64,000 nt of DNA from the NCBI GenBank assembly GCA_023268715.1, contig JALRLV010000001.1, forward strand, positions 6,383 through 70,382, given 5' to 3'. The translations under genes were made by a program, and so were the position numbers. The notes under the pieces were generated by a model. That model saw nothing but the letters and a program-made list of their open reading frames with translations. It was not told the origin of the DNA and made no database searches. This DNA is from Candidatus Thalassarchaeaceae archaeon. Lineage in GTDB: Archaea; Thermoplasmatota; Poseidoniia; Poseidoniales; Thalassarchaeaceae. Below, one piece after another: positions 47,857 to 57,890 of this stretch (positions are counted from its first letter, which is position 1; every line of letters starts with the position of its first letter).

Positions 47857-49464
47857 TCAGTTTTTACCCCAGCGTCTTATCGCTACCATTAGTTGACGTA
47901 ATTCTTGGGGAGTGTATTTTCTGCTTTGGCTATATGCCAGTTCAACGAGTCTTGGGTCTCCAATCATCGTTTGAACCTCAGCTGGGGGTTTAATCGCCAT
48001 CTGATCTCTAGTTAGGTCATGATGTACTCTAACTTTGGTGAATAGTGCTTTTTGCACTCGTTCTCGATAGGAACTAGGGTCCAATTTATTCGGCCGTTCT
48101 TTGAATCTGGTAAGGTCAAAAATATGACGCCAGTTTTCTTTTTCTGGGACAACCATCATCGCAACTAGCAATAGCAATCCAACGTTTAGAACAACCAACC
48201 ATTTTAGGAATGTATTCGAAGTCAAGAGTACAACAGTACCCATTGTTTCTACAAATGGGGCGGATATGATCCCGGTAACGTGTCGACTTTCGTCAAAGAC
48301 AATTTGGAATTCACTTTTATCATCTCGAATAGACTTAGCCAATTTGGGATTATCATGCTCCATCATATCATCAATAAGTAAGGAGAAGTATTGTTCATTA
48401 CCTTGCCAATATGTCTCTCTTACTGTGTTTAACCAGCAGTTGTTGTCTTGCTGTTCGCATGAAGAACTCATGTCGTTTTCAACCGCTACATCAAGACTCC
48501 ACAATCTGTTCGAGAAAGCCTCTTCATCGGATACAAAAACGATGCTACCTGTAACTTGGAGTTCTCTAGTGTTTCCACCTACTAATCCGCCTGAACCCGC
48601 GCTAACCTTGTCAAAGGTGGTAACTCCCGGGTAATCGATTCGGATGATTAGGGCCAAATCTCCAGGTGCTGGGTTTCTCTGATCATCTGCAAGTCCGTTA
48701 CCTTGTACATCGATAAACGCAGATGGGGAAGCGGTTGAGAGAATCTTAACTTTTCTTTGATTTTCTGATGCTTGACTCGGGTCATCTTCAGGAAGGGGTT
48801 CAAATTTCATTCCAGTAGGCGAACGGAACATAACCGGAAGTCTACAATTTTCTCTATTCTCCTCTAAGACATCGGTATCTATACAGCCTTGTCTTAGATA
48901 GGAAGGTGGCATATCGTTGACATCTTCTGAAACCGCTGCAAGCCCCCACACGTTTAGCCAGGATCCTGTGATTGGTTGTCCATCTTCATATTCATTCCAA
49001 TACTGATTCTCATCGTTGAGCGGGGAATCAAAGAAAGTAACGCCAAATTTCTCGGCCAATCGATTTGCATTTGTTCCGTCAGCAGCGACTATGACCTTGC
49101 CTCCATTTTTGGTTACAAAGTCGTAAATCGCGTCAGCTTCAGTTTCAGCGATTGGCTTCTCTGGACCAATAATCATCAATGCTGTTCGATGAGGATCTCT
49201 CCAATCATTGACAAGCATAGGAGTGGACATTGTATTCGCGATAAAATAGCCTTCATCGGTTGCCATTGTCTCTCGCATGTCTGTAACCTGAGCGAGTGAA
49301 CTGATCTCTCCTCCTTCGCCTTCGGTATAGGCGGAATAGTAGGTTGACTTTCCTGCAACAAAAATCATTGGCAGAATCAACAGAAGTACCACTGTGGTAG
49401 CGACAGAGCCAACTACCAGTCTAGTGAAATTTGCCTCTTCTGATTTATCTTCAGCCACAATCAT
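47857..49464 (-). CDS. DUF4350-like membrane-anchored protein
   Basis: N- and C-terminal TMs; FVTKNGGKVIVAAD, IVFVSD...FSN, IVFDESRH; MoxR context. Confidence 0.75.
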   Translation of the reverse strand: MIVAEDKSEEANFTRLVVGSVATTVVLLLILPMIFVAGKSTYYSAYTEGEGGEISSLAQVTDMRETMATDEGYFIANTMSTPMLVNDWRDPHRTALMIIGPEKPIAETEADAIYDFVTKNGGKVIVAADGTNANRLAEKFGVTFFDSPLNDENQYWNEYEDGQPITGSWLNVWGLAAVSEDVNDMPPSYLRQGCIDTDVLEENRENCRLPVMFRSPTGMKFEPLPEDDPSQASENQRKVKILSTASPSAFIDVQGNGLADDQRNPAPGDLALIIRIDYPGVTTFDKVSAGSGGLVGGNTRELQVTGSIVFVSDEEAFSNRLWSLDVAVENDMSSSCEQQDNNCWLNTVRETYWQGNEQYFSLLIDDMMEHDNPKLAKSIRDDKSEFQIVFDESRHVTGIISAPFVETMGTVVLLTSNTFLKWLVVLNVGLLLLVAMMVVPEKENWRHIFDLTRFKERPNKLDPSSYRERVQKALFTKVRVHHDLTRDQMAIKPPAEVQTMIGDPRLVELAYSQSRKYTPQELRQLMVAIRRWGKN

Positions 49465-49649
49465 TCCCTTCCAATCAAAGATTTAGCGTAGGCTAGGCAC
49501 ACCCACGCTTCTTGGCGAACCTCATTCCACAGATATATGTTGTTGATTACAGGGCACCATTAATATGGTAATTTTGTATGGTCTGATGTGTTTATTGCAC
49601 TATTCCAGTGAGTTGATTTTGATGAAGAAATCTGAAAAATAAAACAGAA

Positions 49650-50591
49650 TTATTGTCTTCTTCTCGCATCAACAAATAGTGCCCCAATTAGCGAACAAAG
49701 AATGACACTTATTCCGGGAGCAGGGAGATTTGAGGTGACCACCTCTACAGGGTCTTCTTCTTCATCTGGGTCATCAGGGTCTTGGTTATTTGTTGGTGGC
49801 TGTTCAACGGTTATTCGTGTGAAGTCTGTTGAAAGCTGACTTCCATCTGCCCCATCTGAAGCAACAGTAACTTCCACTCGACAATTCCGTTGAGGGTGAC
49901 TTTCTGAAGCAGTTACTTTGAGGTCTGCGGTAGTCTTGCCTCCCTTCTCAATGTTCCTTGTAAGTAAGGCATCAAGCCCGGAGTCAGTAGTCATGAGAGG
50001 GCAGTCGTCAGTGACTTCCAAATCGCGAACTTTGTCTCTAGAATTCCCTTCGTTTGTAACAGTGACTTTGAGGATTGTATCTGTTCCTGAATTCATGGGT
50101 CCAACTGGATCAGCAATTTCCACATTTAGCATGAAAATTTCAGGGATCTCCAGGTCTCCAATTTTTTCTTGGCTTTCAGGGATTATAACTGGCATACCAT
50201 TCCTTTCTTGTAAATTGGCTGTAATTGTGAACGATTCTATCTTGCCAGCGTCGATTTCATAGACATCGATACCTCGAACCATGATTGTGAATGAATCGTT
50301 ATTCCCGGGCTCTATTGTCGCATCTTCGGGAGCGCCGATAATTTCTGCATTGAAAGGAAATTCATACTCAAAAGCAACTTTTACAGAAAGCAGACCTTGA
50401 TTATCGACAAACATTGTTATCGAAGCCATACCTGTCTCGGAAACCACAAATGGGTTACTATCATCTTCATCTGGATATTCAATTCCCAGCTCCCAATTCC
50501 CAAGAGACGGTTCGGGTTGAGCCACTGAGTTCGGAATTATAGCAACAAATATTGCAGTAATTAGAAAAATAGGTATTATTGCCCTGCTCAA
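49650..50591 (-). CDS. Secreted Ig-like protein with C-terminal sorting signal
   Basis: Signal peptide; VTNEGNSRD Ig-like motif; acidic linker, LPAPG-TM-RRRQ. TTG start overlaps the upstream stop (TTGA). Confidence 0.75.
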   Translation of the reverse strand: MSRAIIPIFLITAIFVAIIPNSVAQPEPSLGNWELGIEYPDEDDSNPFVVSETGMASITMFVDNQGLLSVKVAFEYEFPFNAEIIGAPEDATIEPGNNDSFTIMVRGIDVYEIDAGKIESFTITANLQERNGMPVIIPESQEKIGDLEIPEIFMLNVEIADPVGPMNSGTDTILKVTVTNEGNSRDKVRDLEVTDDCPLMTTDSGLDALLTRNIEKGGKTTADLKVTASESHPQRNCRVEVTVASDGADGSQLSTDFTRITVEQPPTNNQDPDDPDEEEDPVEVVTSNLPAPGISVILCSLIGALFVDARRRQ

Positions 50592-51577
50592 GAACCTCCC
50601 TCCATCAATCCCGCGCAGGCACGTCGTGTTAACACCTTCACCATCTTTTTTCTGTAAGAAGGCGAGAACCATGTGTTTTGAACCGGCTTGACAGATTTTC
50701 TGATAGATTCTGCTAACTCGTTAATTGATTCAGCGCCGGACCATCCTTCTAGACAAGCGTCAACCTCTTTTGTATGAAGCATCGGAATCGATTCCAATCC
50801 TGTAGTCGCCAATCTAAGTTGAATCGGTTTTGTCGAATCGTTTTTCTTCCATACCGCTGCAACTCCCGCTTCAGGGAAATCCCACGATTCTCGTTGACGT
50901 AATTTCTGGTAATCTCCTTCCCATTCAGCAACATCTTCAGGAAGTGTAAGGTGAGTGACTAATTCCCCTGTTTGAAGTACATTCCTAGTCATCCCATCAA
51001 GTTGGAAGAATTCGCTAAGTTCCATAGAGCGGGCACCATTTGGCCCAGCGAGGTGTATCTTCGCTTCAAGACACATTAGTACAGGGGCGAGATCTGCTTG
51101 GTAGGTGGCCACACAGAGAGTGTTTTGATTTGGAATCACTCTGCAATCTGCTTCTGTTCCACAATCACATTTGTGGCACCAATCTATGGATTCTCTCCAT
51201 TGTTCTGTTTGATTAAACCAATAACACCTAGTGTCGAGGCAAATATTACCTCCTACTGTTCCAGAACGCCTGACCATTATACTAGCCACAGTATCTGCAG
51301 CTTTGGCAAGAACTGGATGTGTAGCACTTGATTGGACTAGGTCTTGAAGCCGTACCATTGCTCCAATGTGCGTCTCATTGAGTTCCGTTAGTTCATTTAT
51401 CTTCGCAAGAGAAATTACATTCGGTTTAACATTAAGGTGCCATTTGTAATTTGGAAGTAAGTCCGTTCCTCCAGCAACCCAATCAAAATCTTGCTTCTTG
51501 GAAGTCAAGTCACTAGCAATCGAAATTGCCTCCTCAATACTAGTTGGAGTATGTAATTGGAACGGAGGCATGCGCAT
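50588..51577 (-). CDS. Xanthine dehydrogenase-family FAD subunit, 4-hydroxybenzoyl-CoA reductase beta (HcrB)-like, with [4Fe-4S] insert
   Basis: AGGTDLLPN, GTVGGNICLDTRC, Cys-rich insert, KLRQRESWDFP. Confidence 0.9.
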   Translation of the reverse strand: MRMPPFQLHTPTSIEEAISIASDLTSKKQDFDWVAGGTDLLPNYKWHLNVKPNVISLAKINELTELNETHIGAMVRLQDLVQSSATHPVLAKAADTVASIMVRRSGTVGGNICLDTRCYWFNQTEQWRESIDWCHKCDCGTEADCRVIPNQNTLCVATYQADLAPVLMCLEAKIHLAGPNGARSMELSEFFQLDGMTRNVLQTGELVTHLTLPEDVAEWEGDYQKLRQRESWDFPEAGVAAVWKKNDSTKPIQLRLATTGLESIPMLHTKEVDACLEGWSGAESINELAESIRKSVKPVQNTWFSPSYRKKMVKVLTRRACAGLMEGGS

Positions 51578-54360
51578 CAGGAATCACCTCGATGTCTTCT
51601 TTCTGTATGCTTCCAAGCGCTACCTGCTAAGCGAGGGTCAGCCAGATATTCTTCAGATGGAATAACATTCACAGCCCATTTTTCATCGACCTCATCTGGT
51701 GGTGTTGTGGGGTCTAATCCAAACAATGCTCCGTTATGGTATGGTTCTCTATTTTCGTTGTGCCGTCTATCTAGATCGCGCTTTGCATGTTCTGCTGCTC
51801 TCTTCGATAGTATAGATTGGAGGTCAGAATGTTCTAGTCGCGGACTGGGTAATTCTAACGGGTCATCCACTCCTTCGGCCTTACATTTTCTTTCAATAAG
51901 TCTTAGTAATCTGTCAGGAGTAATTGGTAATTCAGCCGTCCTAACTCCAATTGCATCGTACACGGCATTACAAACTGCGGGTAGGATAGGAAGAAGTGGA
52001 CCTTCTCCCGCTTCTTTGGCTCCGAATGGCCCTTCTGGGTCATTAGATTCGACAATTATTGGAAAGACATCGGGCATTTCATGAACACTTGGAATCTTGT
52101 AATCTAATAAATCAGGATTCATTAGATGTCCACTTCGACCATACCTCATTTCTTCACTCAAAACCTGGCCCATTCCCATATGGCAAGAGCCGATTATCTG
52201 TCCCTTTACTGCCAGCGGATTAAGTGCTTTACCACAGTCATGAGCTGCCCAAACTTTGTCGACTTTTGTTTGACCGGTTTCAACATCTACAGAGACTTCT
52301 GCAACATATGCAGAGAAGGAATATGCAGGTGCTAATCCAGCGGCTGCGCCTTTGTGAGTTCGGCCCATTGGAGGGGTTCTATATGCTCCTGATGCCACCA
52401 GTGCCCCTCGATCTTCTTGCGCTTTGTGAAGGGCTTCGAGATATGAAACACCTACCGCAGGGTCATTTTTAGCGAATATACGGCGATCTCCTATGACTAA
52501 TTTTTCTCGTTCCGCCCCGGTGATTTCAACCGTCGCATCGAGTAAATCATCCCGAATTTGCATTGCTGCTGAAATCGCTGCATTTGCGTTCATGAAAGTA
52601 ACTCTTGAAGAATATGAACCTAGGTCAACTGGTGAGGTGTCTGATTCCCTAGACCTAATTCGAATCAAATCTAGAGGGAGCCCCAAAACTTCTGCTACCG
52701 ATTGAGCGACTACTGTGTCAGATCCCTGACCGATATCAGCCGCACCAGTGTGGACTGTTACGCCTCCATCCATGTCGATTTTCAGATGGACTGTTGCATG
52801 GGGGAATTTATTTGGGTCCCAATGTATAGGTAATCCCGAACCCGAGATAAAGAATCCACAGCCAATCCCGATTCCCTTTCCTAGGGGCATGTTCCTAAAT
52901 TTCTCGTCCCAGCCGCTTTCTTGCTTGACCCGCTCTAAACATTCGCGCATTCCTATACTTGTTACCCTGAATCCAGTTATTGTAGCGGAATGCGGAGGTA
53001 GTAAATTGGCTAGTCTGAGGTCTATAGGGTCAACAGATAATTGCTCTGCTAAATCATCTAATCCAGTCTCTACCGCACAACGAGAATTTACTGCTCCATG
53101 ACCTCGCATGGCCCCACTTGCCGGCTTATTGGTCCATACTCTAGCACCAGTGTAATGGAAGGCTCCAATTTCATAGGGGGCAGTATGTAGAACTCCGTTG
53201 TAGTAGGTTGTTACGTGTCCGAATGAGGCAAAACCACCACCGTCAATCAAAGCATCGGTTTCAATTCCACAAATACGGCCTTGATCGTCTGCATGGAGAT
53301 TCATTTCGATTCTTGATGGATGGCGGCCACGATTGATCCAGTATACCTCCTCACGGTCGAAGGTAATTCTGACAGGTCGACCGGACTTTCTTGCTAAAAT
53401 CGCGGAGCACATCTCATGGGGGAATGGGTCAGATTTACCTCCAAATCCACCACCTACAAAGGTTCTGAACACGTTGATTTGATGCATCGGAATTTCTAGC
53501 ACATCCGCTAGGGCTCGATGAACATAATGAGGCACCTGTTGCGGAGTGTAGAGAGTTAATCTACCGGAAGGGTCCCAATTCGCCACTACTGCATGAGGTT
53601 CCGTTGCAGCATGATTGACTCCAGCGAATAACCAGTTTTGCTTGTGACTTGCTATCGCATTTTTTTCAATTCCATCTACATCTCCAAATTCTTGAAAAAC
53701 ACGCTTCTGGACATTAGCATCACCGATGTGATATTTTCCTCGGTCGTGAATAGGGTTTTCACTATCTTGTAAACCATCACGCATGTCGTGAATAGAATCT
53801 AGGATTTCGTATTCCACCTCGATTAAACGTTCAGCTTCCCTTGCCGTCGCCTCATCTTCTGCTGCAACACACGCAACTAGATCACCTACGTGACGGACTT
53901 TTTCCACAGCCATTGCATGTTCATCCTTGGTTACGGGTAAAACACCAAACTTATTTTCCGCATCTGCACCAGTTGCAATTGCTACCACTCCCGGAAGTTC
54001 AAGAGCCTTGGAAAAATCGATTGACAAAACACGAGCATAATGATGTGGAGAGCGAATAATTCTTCCAATCAGTTCTCCGGGCAACCTGATATCATCTCCA
54101 TACTGAGCCTGACCAGTTACCTTCCATTTCCCATCTACCAAGGCAGTTGGTTTTCCAATTATTTGTCCACTGACTAATTTGTCATGTCTGTGTGAGCCCC
54201 ATGGTTGGGCTAACTTCCCACCTTGAGATTCGGGAATCATCCCTTGGTCAGTTGGGCTGGAGAATTGATTTTTCCCACCTGAGCCTGGTTTGGCAAAAGG
54301 TAACTTTCCCGGTTGTTGTCTATAACCAACCATTTCATCCTCATTACCGTCTTTTGCCAT
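51577..54360 (-). CDS. Xanthine dehydrogenase-family molybdopterin subunit, HcrA-like
   Basis: DGKWKVTG, GGGFGGK, AMRGHG, DIGQG, GSYSSRVTFM, ALNP...GQ, GPFGAKEAGE; start set at ATG 54360. Confidence 0.92.
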   Translation of the reverse strand: MAKDGNEDEMVGYRQQPGKLPFAKPGSGGKNQFSSPTDQGMIPESQGGKLAQPWGSHRHDKLVSGQIIGKPTALVDGKWKVTGQAQYGDDIRLPGELIGRIIRSPHHYARVLSIDFSKALELPGVVAIATGADAENKFGVLPVTKDEHAMAVEKVRHVGDLVACVAAEDEATAREAERLIEVEYEILDSIHDMRDGLQDSENPIHDRGKYHIGDANVQKRVFQEFGDVDGIEKNAIASHKQNWLFAGVNHAATEPHAVVANWDPSGRLTLYTPQQVPHYVHRALADVLEIPMHQINVFRTFVGGGFGGKSDPFPHEMCSAILARKSGRPVRITFDREEVYWINRGRHPSRIEMNLHADDQGRICGIETDALIDGGGFASFGHVTTYYNGVLHTAPYEIGAFHYTGARVWTNKPASGAMRGHGAVNSRCAVETGLDDLAEQLSVDPIDLRLANLLPPHSATITGFRVTSIGMRECLERVKQESGWDEKFRNMPLGKGIGIGCGFFISGSGLPIHWDPNKFPHATVHLKIDMDGGVTVHTGAADIGQGSDTVVAQSVAEVLGLPLDLIRIRSRESDTSPVDLGSYSSRVTFMNANAAISAAMQIRDDLLDATVEITGAEREKLVIGDRRIFAKNDPAVGVSYLEALHKAQEDRGALVASGAYRTPPMGRTHKGAAAGLAPAYSFSAYVAEVSVDVETGQTKVDKVWAAHDCGKALNPLAVKGQIIGSCHMGMGQVLSEEMRYGRSGHLMNPDLLDYKIPSVHEMPDVFPIIVESNDPEGPFGAKEAGEGPLLPILPAVCNAVYDAIGVRTAELPITPDRLLRLIERKCKAEGVDDPLELPSPRLEHSDLQSILSKRAAEHAKRDLDRRHNENREPYHNGALFGLDPTTPPDEVDEKWAVNVIPSEEYLADPRLAGSAWKHTERRHRGDS

Positions 54361-54364
54361 TGAA

Positions 54365-54934
54365 TCACTCTCCAGAAAATCCGGGGTGCGGGTCACTTTT
54401 TGGCGAGGTTGAATCTTCGATGGATTCTCCTGAGGTAAGGATGTCAGATGCGGCCCGAACTGAATCGACAATCTGTTGATAACCGGTACATCTGCATAAA
54501 TTCCCTTCAATCGCAGATTTGATTTCTTCATCTGACGGACTAGGATTTTCTTCAAGTAATGCTGAAGCAACTACCAAAAATCCGGGAGTGCAAAATCCAC
54601 ATTGAGACCCGCCACATTCAGCAAACATCTCTTGAATTGGGTGTAAGTGATGTCCATCGGCAAGGCCTTCAACCGTAGTAATTTCGCTGCCTTCTGCTTC
54701 TGCGGCAAGAGTAAGACAGGATAGTCTTGGCTCTCCATTAATCAATACCGAACAACAACCACATGTCCCCATGTCACATCCTCTTTTGGTGCCAAGGCTA
54801 CCCGCTTGATCTCTCAATACATCAAGCAAAATCGCGTTATTCTCGATGTTCAATTGTTTCTTCACACCATTAACCGATGCTACCCAAGAGACTTCTCCAG
54901 CCGAGGGTAACATCGGTAGCCGGTGTTGCACCAT
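54365..54934 (-). CDS. 2x[2Fe-2S] subunit (HcrC/CoxS-like)
   Basis: GTKRGCDMGTCGCC, SCL, QCGFCTPG, GNLCRCTGY. Confidence 0.95.
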   Translation of the reverse strand: MVQHRLPMLPSAGEVSWVASVNGVKKQLNIENNAILLDVLRDQAGSLGTKRGCDMGTCGCCSVLINGEPRLSCLTLAAEAEGSEITTVEGLADGHHLHPIQEMFAECGGSQCGFCTPGFLVVASALLEENPSPSDEEIKSAIEGNLCRCTGYQQIVDSVRAASDILTSGESIEDSTSPKSDPHPGFSGE

Positions 54935-54988
54935 GAATAGACTCCACTGCGGATTATTCTATTACGCTTCGGTCTGAGTCCTACGGAC

Positions 54989-55636
54989 TCAATTCAAGTC
55001 TGAACCAGCCTTTTGCATCACAGCTCGTTCTGCATCCTGTAGGTGTCCGCCAAAAGTCGAGCGAGAAATTCCCATCTCATCTGCCAGTTGTTTTATTGTG
55101 ACAGATTCTCCTTCTTCGTAATACCCTCTTTCAACGGCAAAAGATAACACTTCTTGTTGCCTTGTAGTCAGAACTTTGTCCCAACCGTTGACCATTTCTC
55201 CTCGCATTGTTATGACACTGACTTTGTCTGGAGGTAAGACTACTCTGAGAAGAGCAAGAAACCTTCGCATAGCTCCTGTTAATCCGGTTACTCTCATTTC
55301 CATGCCCCTTTCTGCATCTAGGGAGTAGGGTGGTTGGAGGTGTAGGTTGGATAGTTCAATAGCGGACTTTGCCAAACCGTGTGAACATAGTATACTAGCC
55401 AATATTCCATCCTCGGATTCCTCGTGGATTTCAACTACCTGAAAACTATCCAAATCATTTAGTTCATGTATGTCTTTACCATCCTGTAATTCAATCTCTG
55501 CTAATTGAACGACTCCAACTGGGGAAACCCCCAAATGAGCCAAAACTTCGAATCTTTGGCAGATTTGTAAGATGCGCCCTAATTCCTTAGCGCCTTGAAT
55601 AGTTGAGAGCTTCCATCTCAGGACTACCTTGCGCAT
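54989..55636 (-). CDS. HTH-10 (bacterio-opsin activator type) transcriptional regulator
   Basis: LTTRQQEVLSFAVERGYYE...LADEMGISRSTFGGHLQDAE. Confidence 0.9.
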   Translation of the reverse strand: MRKVVLRWKLSTIQGAKELGRILQICQRFEVLAHLGVSPVGVVQLAEIELQDGKDIHELNDLDSFQVVEIHEESEDGILASILCSHGLAKSAIELSNLHLQPPYSLDAERGMEMRVTGLTGAMRRFLALLRVVLPPDKVSVITMRGEMVNGWDKVLTTRQQEVLSFAVERGYYEEGESVTIKQLADEMGISRSTFGGHLQDAERAVMQKAGSDLN

Positions 55637-55702
55637 TGGTTTCACATTACGGCTGCGCTATTCAATCCTATGCTATGGTATTCAAGTGTCTAATGCTCCA
55701 AA

Positions 55703-56524
55703 TTATTCCTGAACACCTTTCTCAATCGCCATAATTTCTGCGCATACTGCGATTGCTATCTCTTCTGGGCTTTCCGCGCCGATTTGAATGCCGATAGGAC
55801 ACCGAACCGAATCAATCGCATTTTCTGAAACACCTGCAGAAATTGCCGCCTCCCTGAAAACCTTCCATTTTGCTCGCGATCCAATTGCTCCAATGCGCGG
55901 CCGATTTTCCTCTCCACGGTTCAATAATAGGCCTATAAGCAAGTCTTGGTCTACCGACCAGTCATGCCCCAGCAATAGAACGTCTGAGAATCGCATGAAA
56001 CCATTATCCGAAAGACTGGCAATAAATCCCTTTACATCACTAGAATGATGTTCTACCGCCTTTGGATATAATTCTCCATCAGCGTACTCGTTTCTGACGT
56101 CGAAAACACTGTGCGACCAACCGAGATTATCACAAGTAGCAGCGATGGCTAGACCGCAATGGCCACCACCAGCGATTAGTATGTGTGGCACGGGCTCCAG
56201 GACCTCCAAGGAGACGGTCACGCGACCGCCGCAGAGGCTGTTAAGCGCCGTCGCCTCTTGGCCCTTCGCATCTCGATGTAAGACGTATGTCTCGACTCTA
56301 CTAGCGCCGGATTCATTAGTCAACATTTGACCTAGGTGCTTCTCTACCTTCAGTTCTAACCCAGCCCCTCCGATGGTACCGTGTCTATTTCCTGAGTTGC
56401 TGATCGCCATTCTAGCCCCTGGCTTGCCTGGAACGCTTCCACTGGCTTCAACTACAGAGGCAAGGGCAACCCTTTCGCCGTAATTTAATCGATCTAATAC
56501 CCACGCTAGCGTGGCGCTGGTCAT
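55703..56524 (-). CDS. xdhC: XdhC/CoxI-family molybdenum cofactor insertion chaperone
   Basis: GSVPGKPGARM, GTIGG, CGG, GGGHCG, GAIGSRAK, PIGIQIGAESPEEIAIAV. Confidence 0.92.
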   Translation of the reverse strand: MTSATLAWVLDRLNYGERVALASVVEASGSVPGKPGARMAISNSGNRHGTIGGAGLELKVEKHLGQMLTNESGASRVETYVLHRDAKGQEATALNSLCGGRVTVSLEVLEPVPHILIAGGGHCGLAIAATCDNLGWSHSVFDVRNEYADGELYPKAVEHHSSDVKGFIASLSDNGFMRFSDVLLLGHDWSVDQDLLIGLLLNRGEENRPRIGAIGSRAKWKVFREAAISAGVSENAIDSVRCPIGIQIGAESPEEIAIAVCAEIMAIEKGVQE

Positions 56525-56597
56525 AGATCCCCGGAAGCGACTCAAGGTATTGGTGTTGCTCGCAAGGAAAATAGAATTTCAGCATAAGAAAATGAAG

Positions 56598-56615
56598 AGT
56601 TAGCCTCGACTAACT
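56598..56615. promoter_or_regulatory. Palindrome AGTTAG-CCTCGA-CTAACT (TTAG-N6-CTAA) upstream of the metal transporter
   Basis: Perfect 6-bp arms, same core spacing as the operators at 26848/26892, directly 5' of an AT-rich TATA-like stretch. Confidence 0.55.
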
Positions 56616-56645
56616 TTCATATGAATAAACACCTCAGCCATTCAT

Positions 56646-57890
56646 ATGTCAGTCGACATCAGCGCGGGACAAGCGCTGGAAATCTTAGTCGTCTCGATGA
56701 GAGATGCTTTCCTTGCAGTGACTGTTTTTGTCGCTGCAATGGTTCTTCTATTCAGTTGGTTACAATACGTCACAGCAGGTCGATTTGTAGTCTGGATTCG
56801 TGAAAATACTAGGTTTCAACCAGTAATTGGTGCAATGATGGGGCTGACTCCAGGTTGTGGTGGAGCGATCATTGTCATGCCTATGTATGCGAGAGGGTAT
56901 GTTACCTATGGAACTGTAATCGCGACCCTTATTGCAACACTCGGTGATGCCGCCTTTGTACTAATTGGTGCAATTTTCCAAGACTCTTCTTTCCTAACTC
57001 CTGTTATTGTTGTCCACTTAACTTCCTTTCTTGTAGGTGTATTGTGGGGTTATGGGGTGGATAAGTTAGAGGTCACACCATCTGCACCGCTAGGCCGATT
57101 TGGCCCTAAATTTGGAACAGATGAACCATTAGGTGAAGAAGCTGCAAAGGCGATGGAAGGTGAGGATTCACTTATCGAAGATTTACCAAGAGAGATTCCA
57201 GAAGGATGGGGCTATCGTGTATTGCACCAAGGGTACAGAGTGTGGTGGGCGATAACAGGTGTCGGATTGTGTCTTGCAATTTTGCTTCTGATTTGGTATG
57301 CGCAAGACCCTGAATATTCACCCGAGTTAGTCTGGGATCTAACGACTCGAGATGGAATAGTAACTTGGGTGGGGTTAATTGGAACCTCTTTGTCTATCAT
57401 TCTGTATTTCTCCTCCAAGAATTTCTTTGCTGATGATACAGAGGCTACCATTGGAGACAAACTCAATTCACTTGACGAAACACTTGTTCATGCGGCATCT
57501 GAAACAGCATTCGTGACTTTTTGGGTCCTAATCGCTTACCTAGTTTTTGAGTTTGGTATTATATTGTCTGGTATTACTGAATCGGATATTTCCGAACATG
57601 GATCTGGCGCTGCGGCAGTGTTGCTTGCGGCGACTGTTGGACTTATTCCTGGATGCGGGCCTCAAATTATCGCAATTACAGCATATATCGAGGGAGTAAT
57701 CTCATTTCCAGCTTTAGTTGCAAATGCCATATCTCAGGACGGAGACGCTCTATTCCCTCTATTGGTTAGACACAAGGTTGCCTCAATTTGGGCAACAATT
57801 CATACCACCCTTCCGGCAATTATTGTCGGTTTGGTATTCCTTTGGTTGATGGGTCAATATCCCTCAATCACAATTGCTTTGCAACCTTGA
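56646..57890 (+). CDS. Putative manganese/heavy-metal transporter (10TM heavy-metal exporter family)
   Basis: Internal repeat GLTPGCGG...TLGDAAF and GLIPGCGPQI...NAISQDGDALFP. Confidence 0.85.
   Translation: MSVDISAGQALEILVVSMRDAFLAVTVFVAAMVLLFSWLQYVTAGRFVVWIRENTRFQPVIGAMMGLTPGCGGAIIVMPMYARGYVTYGTVIATLIATLGDAAFVLIGAIFQDSSFLTPVIVVHLTSFLVGVLWGYGVDKLEVTPSAPLGRFGPKFGTDEPLGEEAAKAMEGEDSLIEDLPREIPEGWGYRVLHQGYRVWWAITGVGLCLAILLLIWYAQDPEYSPELVWDLTTRDGIVTWVGLIGTSLSIILYFSSKNFFADDTEATIGDKLNSLDETLVHAASETAFVTFWVLIAYLVFEFGIILSGITESDISEHGSGAAAVLLAATVGLIPGCGPQIIAITAYIEGVISFPALVANAISQDGDALFPLLVRHKVASIWATIHTTLPAIIVGLVFLWLMGQYPSITIALQP

Noticed and set aside
49482..49497. TTTAG-CGTAGG-CTAGG as another metal box
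   Set aside because: Imperfect arm, single copy, and the downstream gene has no clear metal link
54361..54570. 70-aa N-terminal extension of the Mo subunit in the ORF track
   Set aside because: Overlaps the Fe-S subunit gene; ATG 54360 follows that gene's stop with an SD-like sequence
50588..54934. Aerobic CO dehydrogenase (coxMSL)
   Set aside because: No AYxCSFR/AYRGAGR active-site loop; AMRGHG and the FAD-subunit Fe-S insert fit Hcr-like enzymes
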